A DNA stretch of 64,000 nucleotides from Chloroflexota bacterium (lineage in GTDB: Bacteria; Chloroflexota; Anaerolineae; Anaerolineales; E44-bin32), in assembly GCA_024277995.1 (NCBI GenBank), contig JAJRUD010000045.1, forward strand, positions 12,778 through 76,777, given 5' to 3'. Position 1 is the stretch's first letter. Every line of letters starts with the position of its first letter. Under the pieces are notes generated by a model. The model did no database searches, had not been told where the DNA came from, and saw only the letters and a list, made by a program, of their open reading frames with translations. A program made the position numbers and the translations under genes. Positions 48,981 to 58,045 of this stretch are shown one piece after another.

Positions 48981-50371
48981 AGCATCACCCCCATCAGCGC
49001 CGCCCCCAGAGCCGCCTGCAGCAGGAGCACGGGGGCCGCGCGGCGCAGCGCAGCCCGCCTGCTTTCCGTGGTCTCGGCGAAGGCGCGCGAGGTGAGCCGA
49101 GTGGCCCAGGCCAGCCCGGCCACCAGGGCCGCGCCCTGCAGCGCTGGCACCAGGCCGGTGAGCGCCGGTCTCCAGGCCAGCCCGGCTGTGCCCAGCAGGT
49201 CCCAGCCCCATCCCAACGGATCGGAAAGCGTGGAGAGCACGTAGGAACCGTTGGCGAAGAGGAAACCCAGGCTGAAGGCTATCCAGCCGCCCAGTCCCAG
49301 GGGGATCAACCCCGTGGCGGCGAGCAGGAAGCCGCGCCGCAGCCCACCGGCCGGGCGTCGCGCCAGGCGATCGCCGATCCAGGCGGCCAGCAGGTACAGG
49401 CCGGGCAGGAGCAGCAGCGCCAGCAGCAGCAACCCCGCCGCGTAGAGGAACCACGGGCCGCTGCCCACCTGGAAGGCGGCATCCTTGAGAGCCGACCACG
49501 GCCCCATCATCACCGCGCCGTACACCAGCGCGGCCGCCAGCAGGATGAACCCCTTGTAGGCCTCGTCGATGGAAAGCGGAGGCCTGCCGCGCCGCGGGCC
49601 GAGGTCGGCCCCCAGCGGCTGCAGCACCACGGTGACGTTGTCCAGCGGGCAGGTCCGCAGACACTCCAGACACAGCCCACAATCCGCGTTGCGGTCCAGC
49701 GTTCCCGGGTAGGTCATCCAGGGGCAACCGAAACCTTGCGCGTTACCGCGATAGCAGTCCTTCGTGGGGTGTGTGCGACAGACATCGGGGTCGCGCACCC
49801 GCAAAGCCAGCGGCGCGGCCAGGGCGTAGATGCCGATGAAACCGCCCACGGGGCACAGGTAGCGGCAGAAGGCCCGCCGCTCGAAGACCAGGCTGACCGC
49901 CACCGCCAGCAGCACCAGCCCCAGCAGGACCCAGGCCGTGACGCGTGGCGTGGTCAGGATGACGGCGCTGAAGAGGGCCAGGGCCAGGAAGCCGGCGTTC
50001 TGCAGCCAGAGGCTGCGCAGCCGCCGCGGCCAGCGCCGCTTGAGGCCGCGCGTGCGCCGGCCGTCGGAGGCCATCAGGCCGCCGCGCTGCAGCCACTCCC
50101 CGGGGGCCGGAATGGGGCAGATGCTGCACCACAACCGCCCCCCGACGGGCACCAGGACCAGCACCAGCGCCGCCCACCAGGCGATCCAGACCAGCGTAAT
50201 GGCAATGTTGCGGTTGCCCACCGGCGTGCCGAAGAAGCCGGCCAGCACGACGTATGCGAAGAAAGCCAGGGCCACGGCCATCAGCGACCACTGGGGCCAG
50301 CGGCTAACGAGCAGCCGCCGCAGCCAGGGCCGCGCCGTCAGTTCGAAGCCCTCAGTCCCGGAGCGCTTCAT
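48977..50371 (-). CDS. Membrane polyferredoxin (NapH/MauN/NosH-like 4Fe-4S protein)
   Basis: WCSICP, FCRYLCP, CPW, CGLCLECLRTCP; many TMs. Confidence 0.88.
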   Translation of the reverse strand: MKRSGTEGFELTARPWLRRLLVSRWPQWSLMAVALAFFAYVVLAGFFGTPVGNRNIAITLVWIAWWAALVLVLVPVGGRLWCSICPIPAPGEWLQRGGLMASDGRRTRGLKRRWPRRLRSLWLQNAGFLALALFSAVILTTPRVTAWVLLGLVLLAVAVSLVFERRAFCRYLCPVGGFIGIYALAAPLALRVRDPDVCRTHPTKDCYRGNAQGFGCPWMTYPGTLDRNADCGLCLECLRTCPLDNVTVVLQPLGADLGPRRGRPPLSIDEAYKGFILLAAALVYGAVMMGPWSALKDAAFQVGSGPWFLYAAGLLLLALLLLPGLYLLAAWIGDRLARRPAGGLRRGFLLAATGLIPLGLGGWIAFSLGFLFANGSYVLSTLSDPLGWGWDLLGTAGLAWRPALTGLVPALQGAALVAGLAWATRLTSRAFAETTESRRAALRRAAPVLLLQAALGAALMGVML

Positions 50372-50813
50372 CGTCGTCTCGCAGGCCCACCAGGCCGGCC
50401 AGGGTGGCCAGCGAGGCCCCTAACAGGATGCGCGCCCCGCCGCCTGCGGGACGCACTTTCAGTTCGCCGATCATGAAGGGATGCAGTGGCCCGCAGGTCA
50501 CCGAGCAGCGCATGCGGAAGGTCCCCACCTGATCGGCGATGAAGGACGCCCGTGCCCGCTGCCCGGGGTCGACCTTCAGCTCGATGTCATAGCCATCCAG
50601 GTAGAGGCCGTGGACCACGTCGGCAGAGGTCAGCTCCAGGACGACGCGCTCGCCCTGAGCCACTTCGACCTGGGGCGGATCGAAAGCGAACTGGCGAGCC
50701 GTCAGCCGCACCACGCGCTCACCCACAGCAGGGGAAGTGAAAGGCCAGGGGGCCACCAGAGCAGCCAGGGCCAGGGCCAGCAGGGTCAGCGATGCGGCGC
50801 GGGGAAGAGACAT
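50352..50813 (-). CDS. Stand-alone CuA-type cupredoxin with N- and C-terminal hydrophobic segments
   Basis: DVVHGL...CSVTCGPLHPFM. Confidence 0.85.
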   Translation of the reverse strand: MSLPRAASLTLLALALAALVAPWPFTSPAVGERVVRLTARQFAFDPPQVEVAQGERVVLELTSADVVHGLYLDGYDIELKVDPGQRARASFIADQVGTFRMRCSVTCGPLHPFMIGELKVRPAGGGARILLGASLATLAGLVGLRDDDEALRD

Positions 50814-50816
50814 GGC

Positions 50817-51242
50817 CTAAGGCATGTTGGAGGGGCCGAAAACGCTGTACTTCTGATCGATGGTGGATTTCATCTCAGCCACCGAGCGGCCTTCGGTCTG
50901 CATGCGCATCACGTCACGCGTGATGTCCACACAGATCCCTCAACCAAAGGCGTGGTAATCGAAGACCACGCTCCCGTCAGCCGAGGTTTCGGCCACATAA
51001 CAATCGTAATTCGAGCTATGGCCAACGGCGCCGCATCCGCAGTAGCAGGGGATCTGCTTCAGCAGATCAGGGTTGGCCAGCGCGAACTGATAGGCCTCCC
51101 GGACCTTGACGGGGGCCTCTTGGATGTCCTGCGGTAGTGCCGAGAGCGGCGCCAGCTCGACCTCCTGCCCCGCCGGAGAGCCGCATGCAACCAGCAGCAG
51201 CGCCAGCATGGGCAAGACGGATAGGATCCTCCGCACGCGCAC
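50817..51242 (-). CDS. PCYCGC-motif lipoprotein with in-frame TGA (probable selenocysteine, UxxC)
   Basis: LVAC lipobox, IPCYCGC, DYHAFG-TGA-GICVD; frame stays open 40 more codons to TAG at 50819-50817. Confidence 0.82.
50907..50925 (-). promoter_or_regulatory. Candidate bacterial SECIS hairpin
   Basis: CAUCACG-CGUGA-CGUGAUG; loop starts about 21 nt after UGA and contains GU. Confidence 0.6.
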
Positions 51243-51280
51243 AATTCCTCCTTGTCGACCCATGAACTCACATTCAGCTC

Positions 51281-51368
51281 ATTGTAGGACGGTGGCCCCA
51301 ACGCTGTAAGGGACACCCATCCCAGGGGGGGAGGACATCCGTCACGGGGCGCGTGGGCAAAATGGCCT
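51281..51368 (-). promoter_or_regulatory. Three spaced operator-like boxes (51310, 51332, 51355) and -10 TACAAT
   Basis: GGGCAAAATGGCCT plus two degenerate boxes at 22-23 bp spacing; TACAAT at 51286-51281. Confidence 0.55.
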
Positions 51369-51573
51369 ATCCCCTGCCCGCTCGATGCTACGGGCGCCCA
51401 GCGAGAGAGGCAAGCCCCCCGTTTGGCCGGTCAAGGCCACCAGGCCGATCACACCTCGCCCCAGCCCTCGCTGAGCTTCGGCCCGCAGGCCTTGCGGCAG
51501 GTGTGGTTCGCCTTGCCTGGGTCGGTCAGGACCACCCTCGCGCCGCGCAGGACGAGAGAGCCGCATGCTGCTC

Positions 51574-52335
51574 TCAGACCGAGCGCCCGGGCAGAAGCTC
51601 TCTCTCGAACCCATTCACTCTGTCCCGCAATCGCACCACGTCGCCCACGACGATGATCCCCGGCGCCTCCAATTGCTCTGCCCTCGCCTCCTCCACAAGC
51701 CGCCCCAATGTGCTGGTCAGGCTCCTCTGATCGGGCAGAGTCCCCTGGCATATCACGGCCACGGGTCTGTCCCGGCCGACGCCTGCGTTGAGCAGCTGTT
51801 CGACGATCAGCGCCAGGTTGCCCATGCCCATCAGGATCACCAGCGTGTCCGATCCGCGGCACAGGGCCGACCAATCGACGGCGCGCCCCCCTTTGCCCGA
51901 TGCCTCATGACCGGTGGTGATGGTGACCGTCGATGAAATACCGCGATGAGTCAGGGGTATGCCGGCAGAAGCCGGCACCGCCAGTGCCGAGCTCACGCCA
52001 GGCACCACCTCAAAGGGAATATGGGCGCCGAGCAGGAATTCGACCTCCTCACCGCCGCGACCGAAAAGGAACGGATCGCCCCCTTTGAGCCGCACGACCA
52101 TCTTGCCCTGCCTGGCTCTCGCCGCCATCAGGTGGTTGACCTCACTCTGCGCCGCCAGGTCGCCTCCCCTGGCGATCAGTTCGCAGCCGGGCCGGGTTTG
52201 GTCCAACAGCCGCCTGTTCACCAGGCGATCGTAGATGACGACGTCGGCGCGGCTGAGGCAGGCTAGGCCTTTCACGGTGATCAAGTCCGGGTCGCCAGGG
52301 CCGGCGCCCACCAGGTATACCATTCCCGTTATCAT
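51574..52335 (-). CDS. cobA: Uroporphyrinogen-III C-methyltransferase
   Basis: VGAGPGDPDLIT, RLKGGDPFLFGRGGEE, GIPLTHRG. Confidence 0.95.
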   Translation of the reverse strand: MITGMVYLVGAGPGDPDLITVKGLACLSRADVVIYDRLVNRRLLDQTRPGCELIARGGDLAAQSEVNHLMAARARQGKMVVRLKGGDPFLFGRGGEEVEFLLGAHIPFEVVPGVSSALAVPASAGIPLTHRGISSTVTITTGHEASGKGGRAVDWSALCRGSDTLVILMGMGNLALIVEQLLNAGVGRDRPVAVICQGTLPDQRSLTSTLGRLVEEARAEQLEAPGIIVVGDVVRLRDRVNGFERELLPGRSV

Positions 52336-52434
52336 CTTCCTCACTCGAACCTCACATGGAACCCGGTCGGTTCCGCGCGCCATGCTCGGCGCTTCGGCCC
52401 ATCCCCCTTCCGGCTTCTGCGACGCACTGTGGCC

Positions 52435-52920
52435 TTAGAAGCCATCACCATTGCTGCCGATCCCCGCGACGATCTCATGCCATAACTCGCCCAATCGGTC
52501 GCGAACCCTCTTGGCCAACGCCGGCGAGCGACCACCGGTGGAGACAGCGATCAAGATCCCATCCTGCTCCATGATCGCCGGGAGGATGAAGGTACACTCG
52601 TCGGCAGAATCGGCCACATTGGCCAGAACCCCCGATGCCCGCGCGTCGCTGGCGATCTGGGCATTGACGCTTCTCTCCGAGGTGGCAGCGAAGACCAGGA
52701 AGGCATCGGAGAGCGTGCCGGGGCCGTACCGGCGCCGATGATGGCTGACGCGCCCCTCTTCAACCAGCCGCTGCAGCCCTTCAGTCAGTTCAGGGCTGAT
52801 CACCTGTACATCGGCCCCGGATCTGAGCAGGCCCTTGACTTTCCTTTCAGCTACCCGGCCGCCGCCGACGACTACACATTTGCGGCCTTCCACGCTCAGG
52901 TTGAGCGGGTAGTGGCGCAT
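52435..52920 (-). CDS. sirC: Precorrin-2 dehydrogenase/sirohydrochlorin ferrochelatase (SirC/Met8-like)
   Basis: VVGGGRVAERK, NVAD, STGGRSPALA. Confidence 0.88.
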   Translation of the reverse strand: MRHYPLNLSVEGRKCVVVGGGRVAERKVKGLLRSGADVQVISPELTEGLQRLVEEGRVSHHRRRYGPGTLSDAFLVFAATSERSVNAQIASDARASGVLANVADSADECTFILPAIMEQDGILIAVSTGGRSPALAKRVRDRLGELWHEIVAGIGSNGDGF

Positions 52921-53060
52921 GGTTTGCCTCCAGCAACCCGAGATCAGGGGGTCTACGCAGGCACCGCGTCCTTCCCTCGGCGGGCTCCCGGCCCATGCCG
53001 TCAAGTGGGCGGGCCGGATCGATCGGGGAAGAGAGGCCGCTGCCTGCACGGCGCACGCCT

Positions 53061-53828
53061 TCAGCCATGGGAATCTGGCCCCTTGGATCCGTTCCCATCA
53101 TCGTCTTGCAGGATTGCACGGACCTCCCGGTAGGCGTCTCCCACATGAATGCCGCACTCTCCGCCTTCCTTGGAGGTGCCTGCCCAGCGGCCCACCCGCT
53201 CAAAGCGGCCCCAGCTGCCCGCCAGCGTGCACGGCCAGCAACCCAGGCTGCGATAGCCCTCGTCGTACAGAGGACTGTACGGCACGCCCTGCGACCGGAT
53301 ATAGCTCCACACCTCATCTTCAGTCCAGCCGGCCAGGGGGTTGATCTTCACGACCCCATTCTGCACTTCGACGACGCGGATGTGCTTGCGAAATTCCGTC
53401 TCATCCCGCCGCAAGCCTGTGATCCACGCCTCATAGCCCTTCAGCGCCCGCGCCATGGGCTCCACCTTGCGGATGCCGCAGCACAGTTCGGGGTTGGTCT
53501 TGTACAGGTCCGGGCCATATCGCCCTTCTTGTTCCTCGACGCTCAAGAGCGGGCGGTACTCCTTGATGTTCAGGCCCCACTCGCGTTTCAACTCTTCGAT
53601 GAACGTAAGTGTCTCGGGGAAATCGAAGCCCGTGTTCAGATAGACGACATCGATCACCGGCTTGATGTCGCGCAGCATGTGGAGCAGCGTCACGCTGTCT
53701 TTCCCAAAGCTGCCCGCCACGCAGATGCGATCGAACCGGCTGCAGGCCCAGCCCAATATCTCCTGAGGCGTTGCCGTCTCGAGTTCAGCGACGAGGGACC
53801 CTTCCAATTCGACAATTCGCTCACGCAT
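53061..53828 (-). CDS. cysH: APS/PAPS reductase, 4Fe-4S (APS) type
   Basis: CCGIRKVEP, TGLRR, GCWPCT, ECGIH; start ATG53828. Confidence 0.93.
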   Translation of the reverse strand: MRERIVELEGSLVAELETATPQEILGWACSRFDRICVAGSFGKDSVTLLHMLRDIKPVIDVVYLNTGFDFPETLTFIEELKREWGLNIKEYRPLLSVEEQEGRYGPDLYKTNPELCCGIRKVEPMARALKGYEAWITGLRRDETEFRKHIRVVEVQNGVVKINPLAGWTEDEVWSYIRSQGVPYSPLYDEGYRSLGCWPCTLAGSWGRFERVGRWAGTSKEGGECGIHVGDAYREVRAILQDDDGNGSKGPDSHG

Positions 53829-53989
53829 AATCCACAAACCTCTCGTTTCGATGAATGTCAGATGCAGGGATATACGAGGAGCGGCACGACCGTGCATCGG
53901 GCGGGGCCATCCCCCGGCGGCCCATGACCCCTGTGCTCCTCTGACCACATCTCTCGTTCTTCGCCGCGTCTGCTGCCCGCCGGGCCACC

Positions 53990-54190
53990 TCACTGGGCAC
54001 ATTCGCCGCGGCCGACCTGCACAACGAAATCTCCTTCTTCGCCCCAATCTCGATAAAGCTCGGGAGCCTCTGCATAGGGGGGCAGCTCGGCCAGATCGCT
54101 CAGGGCCTGCTTGATCCCCTGCCATGAGCCGCTTCGCTTTCGTCGCACCCGCTCCGTTCCTTTGTGCTTCGCAGCCGTCTGGACCATCAT
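53990..54190 (-). CDS. Small protein resembling the detached C-terminal tail of the sulfite reductase
   Basis: Own AAGGAG RBS; ends ELYRDWGEEGDFVVQVGRGECAQ. Confidence 0.6.
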   Translation of the reverse strand: MMVQTAAKHKGTERVRRKRSGSWQGIKQALSDLAELPPYAEAPELYRDWGEEGDFVVQVGRGECAQ

Positions 54191-54234
54191 TCATCTCCTT
54201 TAGGATGAAGCTCGATACGATTTTTCGCTGCCAG

Positions 54235-55932
54235 TCAGAATCCCTCGCCATCGCCGCCTTCTTCCACCTCTTTCCTGCGGACCCAATCGAGAAAAGATTC
54301 CCCCTCGACACGCTCGGCGCGATAGAGGGCGATCAACCGGAAGACGGCCTCCGGAACACGGCGCGCTGGCAGGCGCATCACGGGGCGGCCGAAGGTCACC
54401 TCCCCATCGCGCACCTCACCCCCCAGCAGAAGCTGGTAGTACGGGACCTGGCGCCCTCCCACCCGACGCGAAGCACCGTGCAGGCCGATGGTGGCGATGT
54501 GGTGGTGTCCGCAGGAGTTGGGGCAGCCGCTGATCTTGATGCTCACGTCCTTCAGATCTTCGGCGAGGGCCAGAGCCTGTGCTGAATCCGCCGAAGGGTC
54601 CCGGCGCTCGGCGAGCTGCCGGGTCAATTCCAGGGCCAGACGGTGGGAGTGGGTCACAGCCAAGGTGCAGGTGTCTGCCCCCGGGCAGCCCAGCACGTCG
54701 CCAATGCCGTGCACGCCCGGCCGGCCGAGGCCCGTCTCCACCAGGCTCGCGTAGAGAGCGGGCAGCCATTCCGACCGCACCCAGCGCAACGCCAGGTTCT
54801 GGGTGATCACCATGCGCACCTCGAGACCTGGAAAGCGCCGTGCGATATCGGCCAGGGCATGCAGTTGACCGGCGGTCAGGTCACCGCCAGGCACGGTCAC
54901 GTAGGCGGCGAAGAAGCCTTCCTGCTTCTGGGCGACCAGGTTTGTACGCCGCCACGTATCAAAGCCGGCCGGTATGGGTCCGTCGAAGGCAGGCGCCTGA
55001 GCGGGTGCCGGTGGGGTCGGCGTCGCGGCCTGCGGCACCGGGGGAGGTCCCCCCGGCCAGGCCGCCCACAGCACCTGCCGCTGCTCGAAGACCACTCGGC
55101 GGAAGGCCTCGATCCCCAGGTCCTGGACGACGAACTTCATCCTGGCCCGGGCGCGGTTCTGGCGGTTTCCCAGCCGGTCGAACACCCTGATCAGGGCCTC
55201 GGCCGTCAGGATCAGATCGTCCACCGGGGTGAACGGCTCCAGCAGGCGCGCCGCCCGGGGCACCGGACCCAGCCCGCCGCCCACATACAGCCGGAAGCCC
55301 CGCCGCGCCGCGCCCTCTCCCTCCTGCACCGCGGCAACGGCACCGATGTCGTGGATGCCGGCCACGGCGCAATCGGCAGCGCAGCCCGACAGGGCGATCT
55401 TGAACTTGCGCGGCAGCGTCTGGCAGACGGGATTGCGCAGCAGATGCCTGGACAGGGCAGCCGCATAGGGGGTCACGTCGAATATCTCGTCAGCGCACAC
55501 GCCGGCCAGAGGACAGGCGGTCACATTGCGTACGATGTTGCCGCTGGATTCGCGCGTCGTCAGTCCCACCTCCGCCAGGCGGCTCAGTACCTGGGGCACC
55601 GAGTCGAGCGGTATCCCATAGAACTGCATGTCCTGGCGGGTAGTGATGTGGCCCTGCCCGAGGGCGAAGCCCTCGGCGATCTGCCCCAGGCGATCCAACT
55701 GCGCGGCGGAAAGGTCGCCGTAGGGGATCTTCACGCGGATCATTTGAACATCCGTCTGGCCCCGGATGCCGTAGACCCCATGCTGCAGGCGAAAGCGCCG
55801 GAAGTCCTCCTCATCCACCTCGCCGCGCCGCCGTCGCTCGATCAGGTCCGCCAGGCGAGCGATCTCCGCCGCCGCCGGATGCGGGGTGGCTGGGGCATCG
55901 TTGGCCTCTGACACGGCCTTTTGAACACTCAT
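54235..55932 (-). CDS. Ferredoxin-type nitrite/sulfite reductase (siroheme)
   Basis: TTRQ, LPRKFK, CPGADTC, SGCPNSCG; start ATG55932 with GGAGG. Confidence 0.93.
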   Translation of the reverse strand: MSVQKAVSEANDAPATPHPAAAEIARLADLIERRRRGEVDEEDFRRFRLQHGVYGIRGQTDVQMIRVKIPYGDLSAAQLDRLGQIAEGFALGQGHITTRQDMQFYGIPLDSVPQVLSRLAEVGLTTRESSGNIVRNVTACPLAGVCADEIFDVTPYAAALSRHLLRNPVCQTLPRKFKIALSGCAADCAVAGIHDIGAVAAVQEGEGAARRGFRLYVGGGLGPVPRAARLLEPFTPVDDLILTAEALIRVFDRLGNRQNRARARMKFVVQDLGIEAFRRVVFEQRQVLWAAWPGGPPPVPQAATPTPPAPAQAPAFDGPIPAGFDTWRRTNLVAQKQEGFFAAYVTVPGGDLTAGQLHALADIARRFPGLEVRMVITQNLALRWVRSEWLPALYASLVETGLGRPGVHGIGDVLGCPGADTCTLAVTHSHRLALELTRQLAERRDPSADSAQALALAEDLKDVSIKISGCPNSCGHHHIATIGLHGASRRVGGRQVPYYQLLLGGEVRDGEVTFGRPVMRLPARRVPEAVFRLIALYRAERVEGESFLDWVRRKEVEEGGDGEGF

Positions 55933-56052
55933 CAAACATTCCTCCCGGTCTTCGCCCCACGCGACGAGCGATGGAGAGCTGGTCGAGAAACAACAAGCAG
56001 AGCGACGCGACGAAATCGGAGCCTGTTTCGCCTGGGGATCCGAGGGGCTCTG

Positions 56053-56086
56053 AAACGAAAGAACCCTGGGGCTGCGCCCAGGGTTC
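56053..56086 (-). terminator. Terminator/attenuator in the leader of the sulfite reductase operon
   Basis: GAACCCTGGG-CGCAGC-CCCAGGGTTC followed by TTTCGTTT on the minus strand. Confidence 0.75.
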
Positions 56087-56210
56087 AACCATTGCTCCCG
56101 ACCCCGGCCTCCCCGCAATCCCACATCACTCGCACTGCGGGGGCAAATCGCACCGAATCGTCGGTCGCTCTCTGATTCTTAAACGGAGCACACATCCGTC
56201 GGACGAGGTG

Positions 56211-56291
56211 CTATTGCCCCCGCCCCGAACAGATGCACTGCATGAAGGCGACGTCCTTATACGATCGTGAGTTCGCTTGAGGGACGCCCAT
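56211..56291 (-). CDS. Candidate Cys leader peptide MGVPQANSRSYKDVAFMQCICSGRGQ
   Basis: Purine-rich RBS; CIC codons; between the TTGACA-17-TAGAGT promoter and the terminator. Confidence 0.55.
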   Translation of the reverse strand: MGVPQANSRSYKDVAFMQCICSGRGQ

Positions 56292-56324
56292 CCTGTTCCT
56301 GCTCCCTTTGCTCTTGCTTGCGAT

Positions 56325-56398
56325 ACTCTACCCGCCTGGAAGGCGGATGTCAAGCACCTTAACGTGAATGGCGCGGTCGGCCATAGGCCGTTTGGCGC
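56325..56398 (-). promoter_or_regulatory. Promoters of the sulfur operon: TTGACA-17-TAGAGT, plus operator 56385-56398 with -10 TAAGGT
   Basis: Read directly on the minus strand. Confidence 0.6.
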
Positions 56399-56400
56399 GC

Positions 56401-57300
56401 TCAGCGCCAGCGCCCGGGCCCCTGCTGCTGCCGACCGGTTGCGTCCGCCAGACGGCTGCGGGCGAACTGCCCCACCAGGTCCACGAACGCCACCAGCAGC
56501 AGCATCTCGATGATCAACGTTGAGAGGTCGTTGTACTGGAACAGTTTCAGCCTGTAGATGAGTTGCGTGCCGATACCCCCCGCGCCAACGAACCCCAACA
56601 CGGTGGCCGCTCGCATGTTGCACTCCCAGCGAAAGAGCGTGTAGGAAAGGATGCTCTGCAGGCTGCTCGGCAGGTGAACGTACGCCAGCACCTGGACCTC
56701 GTTGGCCCCCGCTGCCCGGGCGATCTCCGCGTGCCGCTGATCCACCGCCTCGAAGAGCTCGGCGTAGAGCTTACCCAGAATACCCGTGCTGTGGGCGACC
56801 AGCGCCAGCACACCGGGAAAGGGCCCCAGTCCGACGGCCACCACGAAGACAAGAGCCCACACCAGCTCCGGGATGCCTCGCAGCAGAGCCAGGAGGCCTC
56901 GCGTGAGATAGTACAGCATCCGACGCGCCCCCCACGCAAGGGCACCCTGGCCCTGGAGCGATGCCTCCTCGCCCCGCCGATCCATCGCCAGCAGCGAAAG
57001 CGGAAAAGCCACGACGATGGCCAGCGCCGTCCCCACGATGGAGATTTCCACCGTCTGCAGCATGTAGCCGATGGTTTTCAGCAGATAGGCCGGATCCAGA
57101 TTGGGCGGGAAAAGGCCCGCCAGGAACTCCCGCACGGCTCTTTCCGTGGCCGGGCTGAAGAGGGCCTCCAGCGAGAAGCCGGTCCTCAGGGCGCTCAGGA
57201 CCACCGCCGTCAACACCAACCCCGTCAGGATGATGTTGGCCGCGCTGCGCCCCCGCGCCGGGAGCGGGGCGGGCGCGGGCCGCCTTTCATCGATCGCCAC
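56401..57300 (-). CDS. phnE: PhnE/PtxC-family ABC permease
   Basis: RGIPELVWA, GPFPGVLAL, GKLYAE, RWECNMRAATVLGFVGAGGIG. Confidence 0.88.
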   Translation of the reverse strand: MAIDERRPAPAPLPARGRSAANIILTGLVLTAVVLSALRTGFSLEALFSPATERAVREFLAGLFPPNLDPAYLLKTIGYMLQTVEISIVGTALAIVVAFPLSLLAMDRRGEEASLQGQGALAWGARRMLYYLTRGLLALLRGIPELVWALVFVVAVGLGPFPGVLALVAHSTGILGKLYAELFEAVDQRHAEIARAAGANEVQVLAYVHLPSSLQSILSYTLFRWECNMRAATVLGFVGAGGIGTQLIYRLKLFQYNDLSTLIIEMLLLVAFVDLVGQFARSRLADATGRQQQGPGRWR

Positions 57301-58045
57301 AGCCCACTTCCTCTCGACTGCGATAGATCTCCAACCCCCGAATCTCACCCGGAGAGCCGTCGTGCAGCAGTCGTCCTCCGTCCAGCACCAGCAGGCGGGA
57401 GCAATAAGCGAGGGCGAAATCCACCTGATGCAGGCTCATCACCACCGTTTTCCCCTGCTGATTCAATTCTCGCAGGACGTCGAGCACGGTCTCGGCCGTG
57501 GGCTCGTCTACCGAGGCCACGGGTTCGTCGGCCAGGATGAGCGAGGCCCCCTGCACAAGGGCCCGCGCCACGGCCACCCGCTGCTGCTGCCCACCGCTCA
57601 GCACTTCGGCGCGCGTGTGCAGTTCCCCGCCCAGCCCCACTCGCTCCAGGGCGCGATGAGCCATCATCACCTCCTCGTAGCGGGCGCGGGCCAGGGTCAA
57701 CAGACTGCGCCCGGTCGACAGGTAGCCCAGGCCACCGATGAGGACGTTATAGAGCACCGAGGTATGCGGTATCACGTGATGGCTCTGTGGAATGACGGCC
57801 ACCTGCCGACGCAGGCGCCGCAGGATCGCCGGTTGAAGCTGGTCCATGGAGCGACCCATCACCTCGAGCCGGCCGGCGCTGGGCCGCAGGGCACCATAGA
57901 AGAGCCGCAGCAGCGTGGTCTTTCCCGCCCCGCTGGGGCCGAGCAGCCCCACCATCTCGCCGGGTCCGACCGTCAGCGATACCTGCGCCAGGGCCAGCGT
58001 TCCGTCGGCATAGCGCTTGGTGAGATTCTGCGCCCGGATCATCAC
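57287..58045 (-). CDS. phnC: PhnC-family ABC ATPase
   Basis: [30 protein letters not shown]. Confidence 0.88.
   Translation of the reverse strand: MMIRAQNLTKRYADGTLALAQVSLTVGPGEMVGLLGPSGAGKTTLLRLFYGALRPSAGRLEVMGRSMDQLQPAILRRLRRQVAVIPQSHHVIPHTSVLYNVLIGGLGYLSTGRSLLTLARARYEEVMMAHRALERVGLGGELHTRAEVLSGGQQQRVAVARALVQGASLILADEPVASVDEPTAETVLDVLRELNQQGKTVVMSLHQVDFALAYCSRLLVLDGGRLLHDGSPGEIRGLEIYRSREEVGCGDR

Noticed and set aside
48003-49727. 574-aa version of the CuA-cytochrome gene
   Set aside because: The upstream part overlaps the polyferredoxin; the signal peptide begins at GTG48980
53829-54311. N-terminal extension of cysH
   Set aside because: No homology signal; it overlaps a better small ORF; an RBS supports ATG53828
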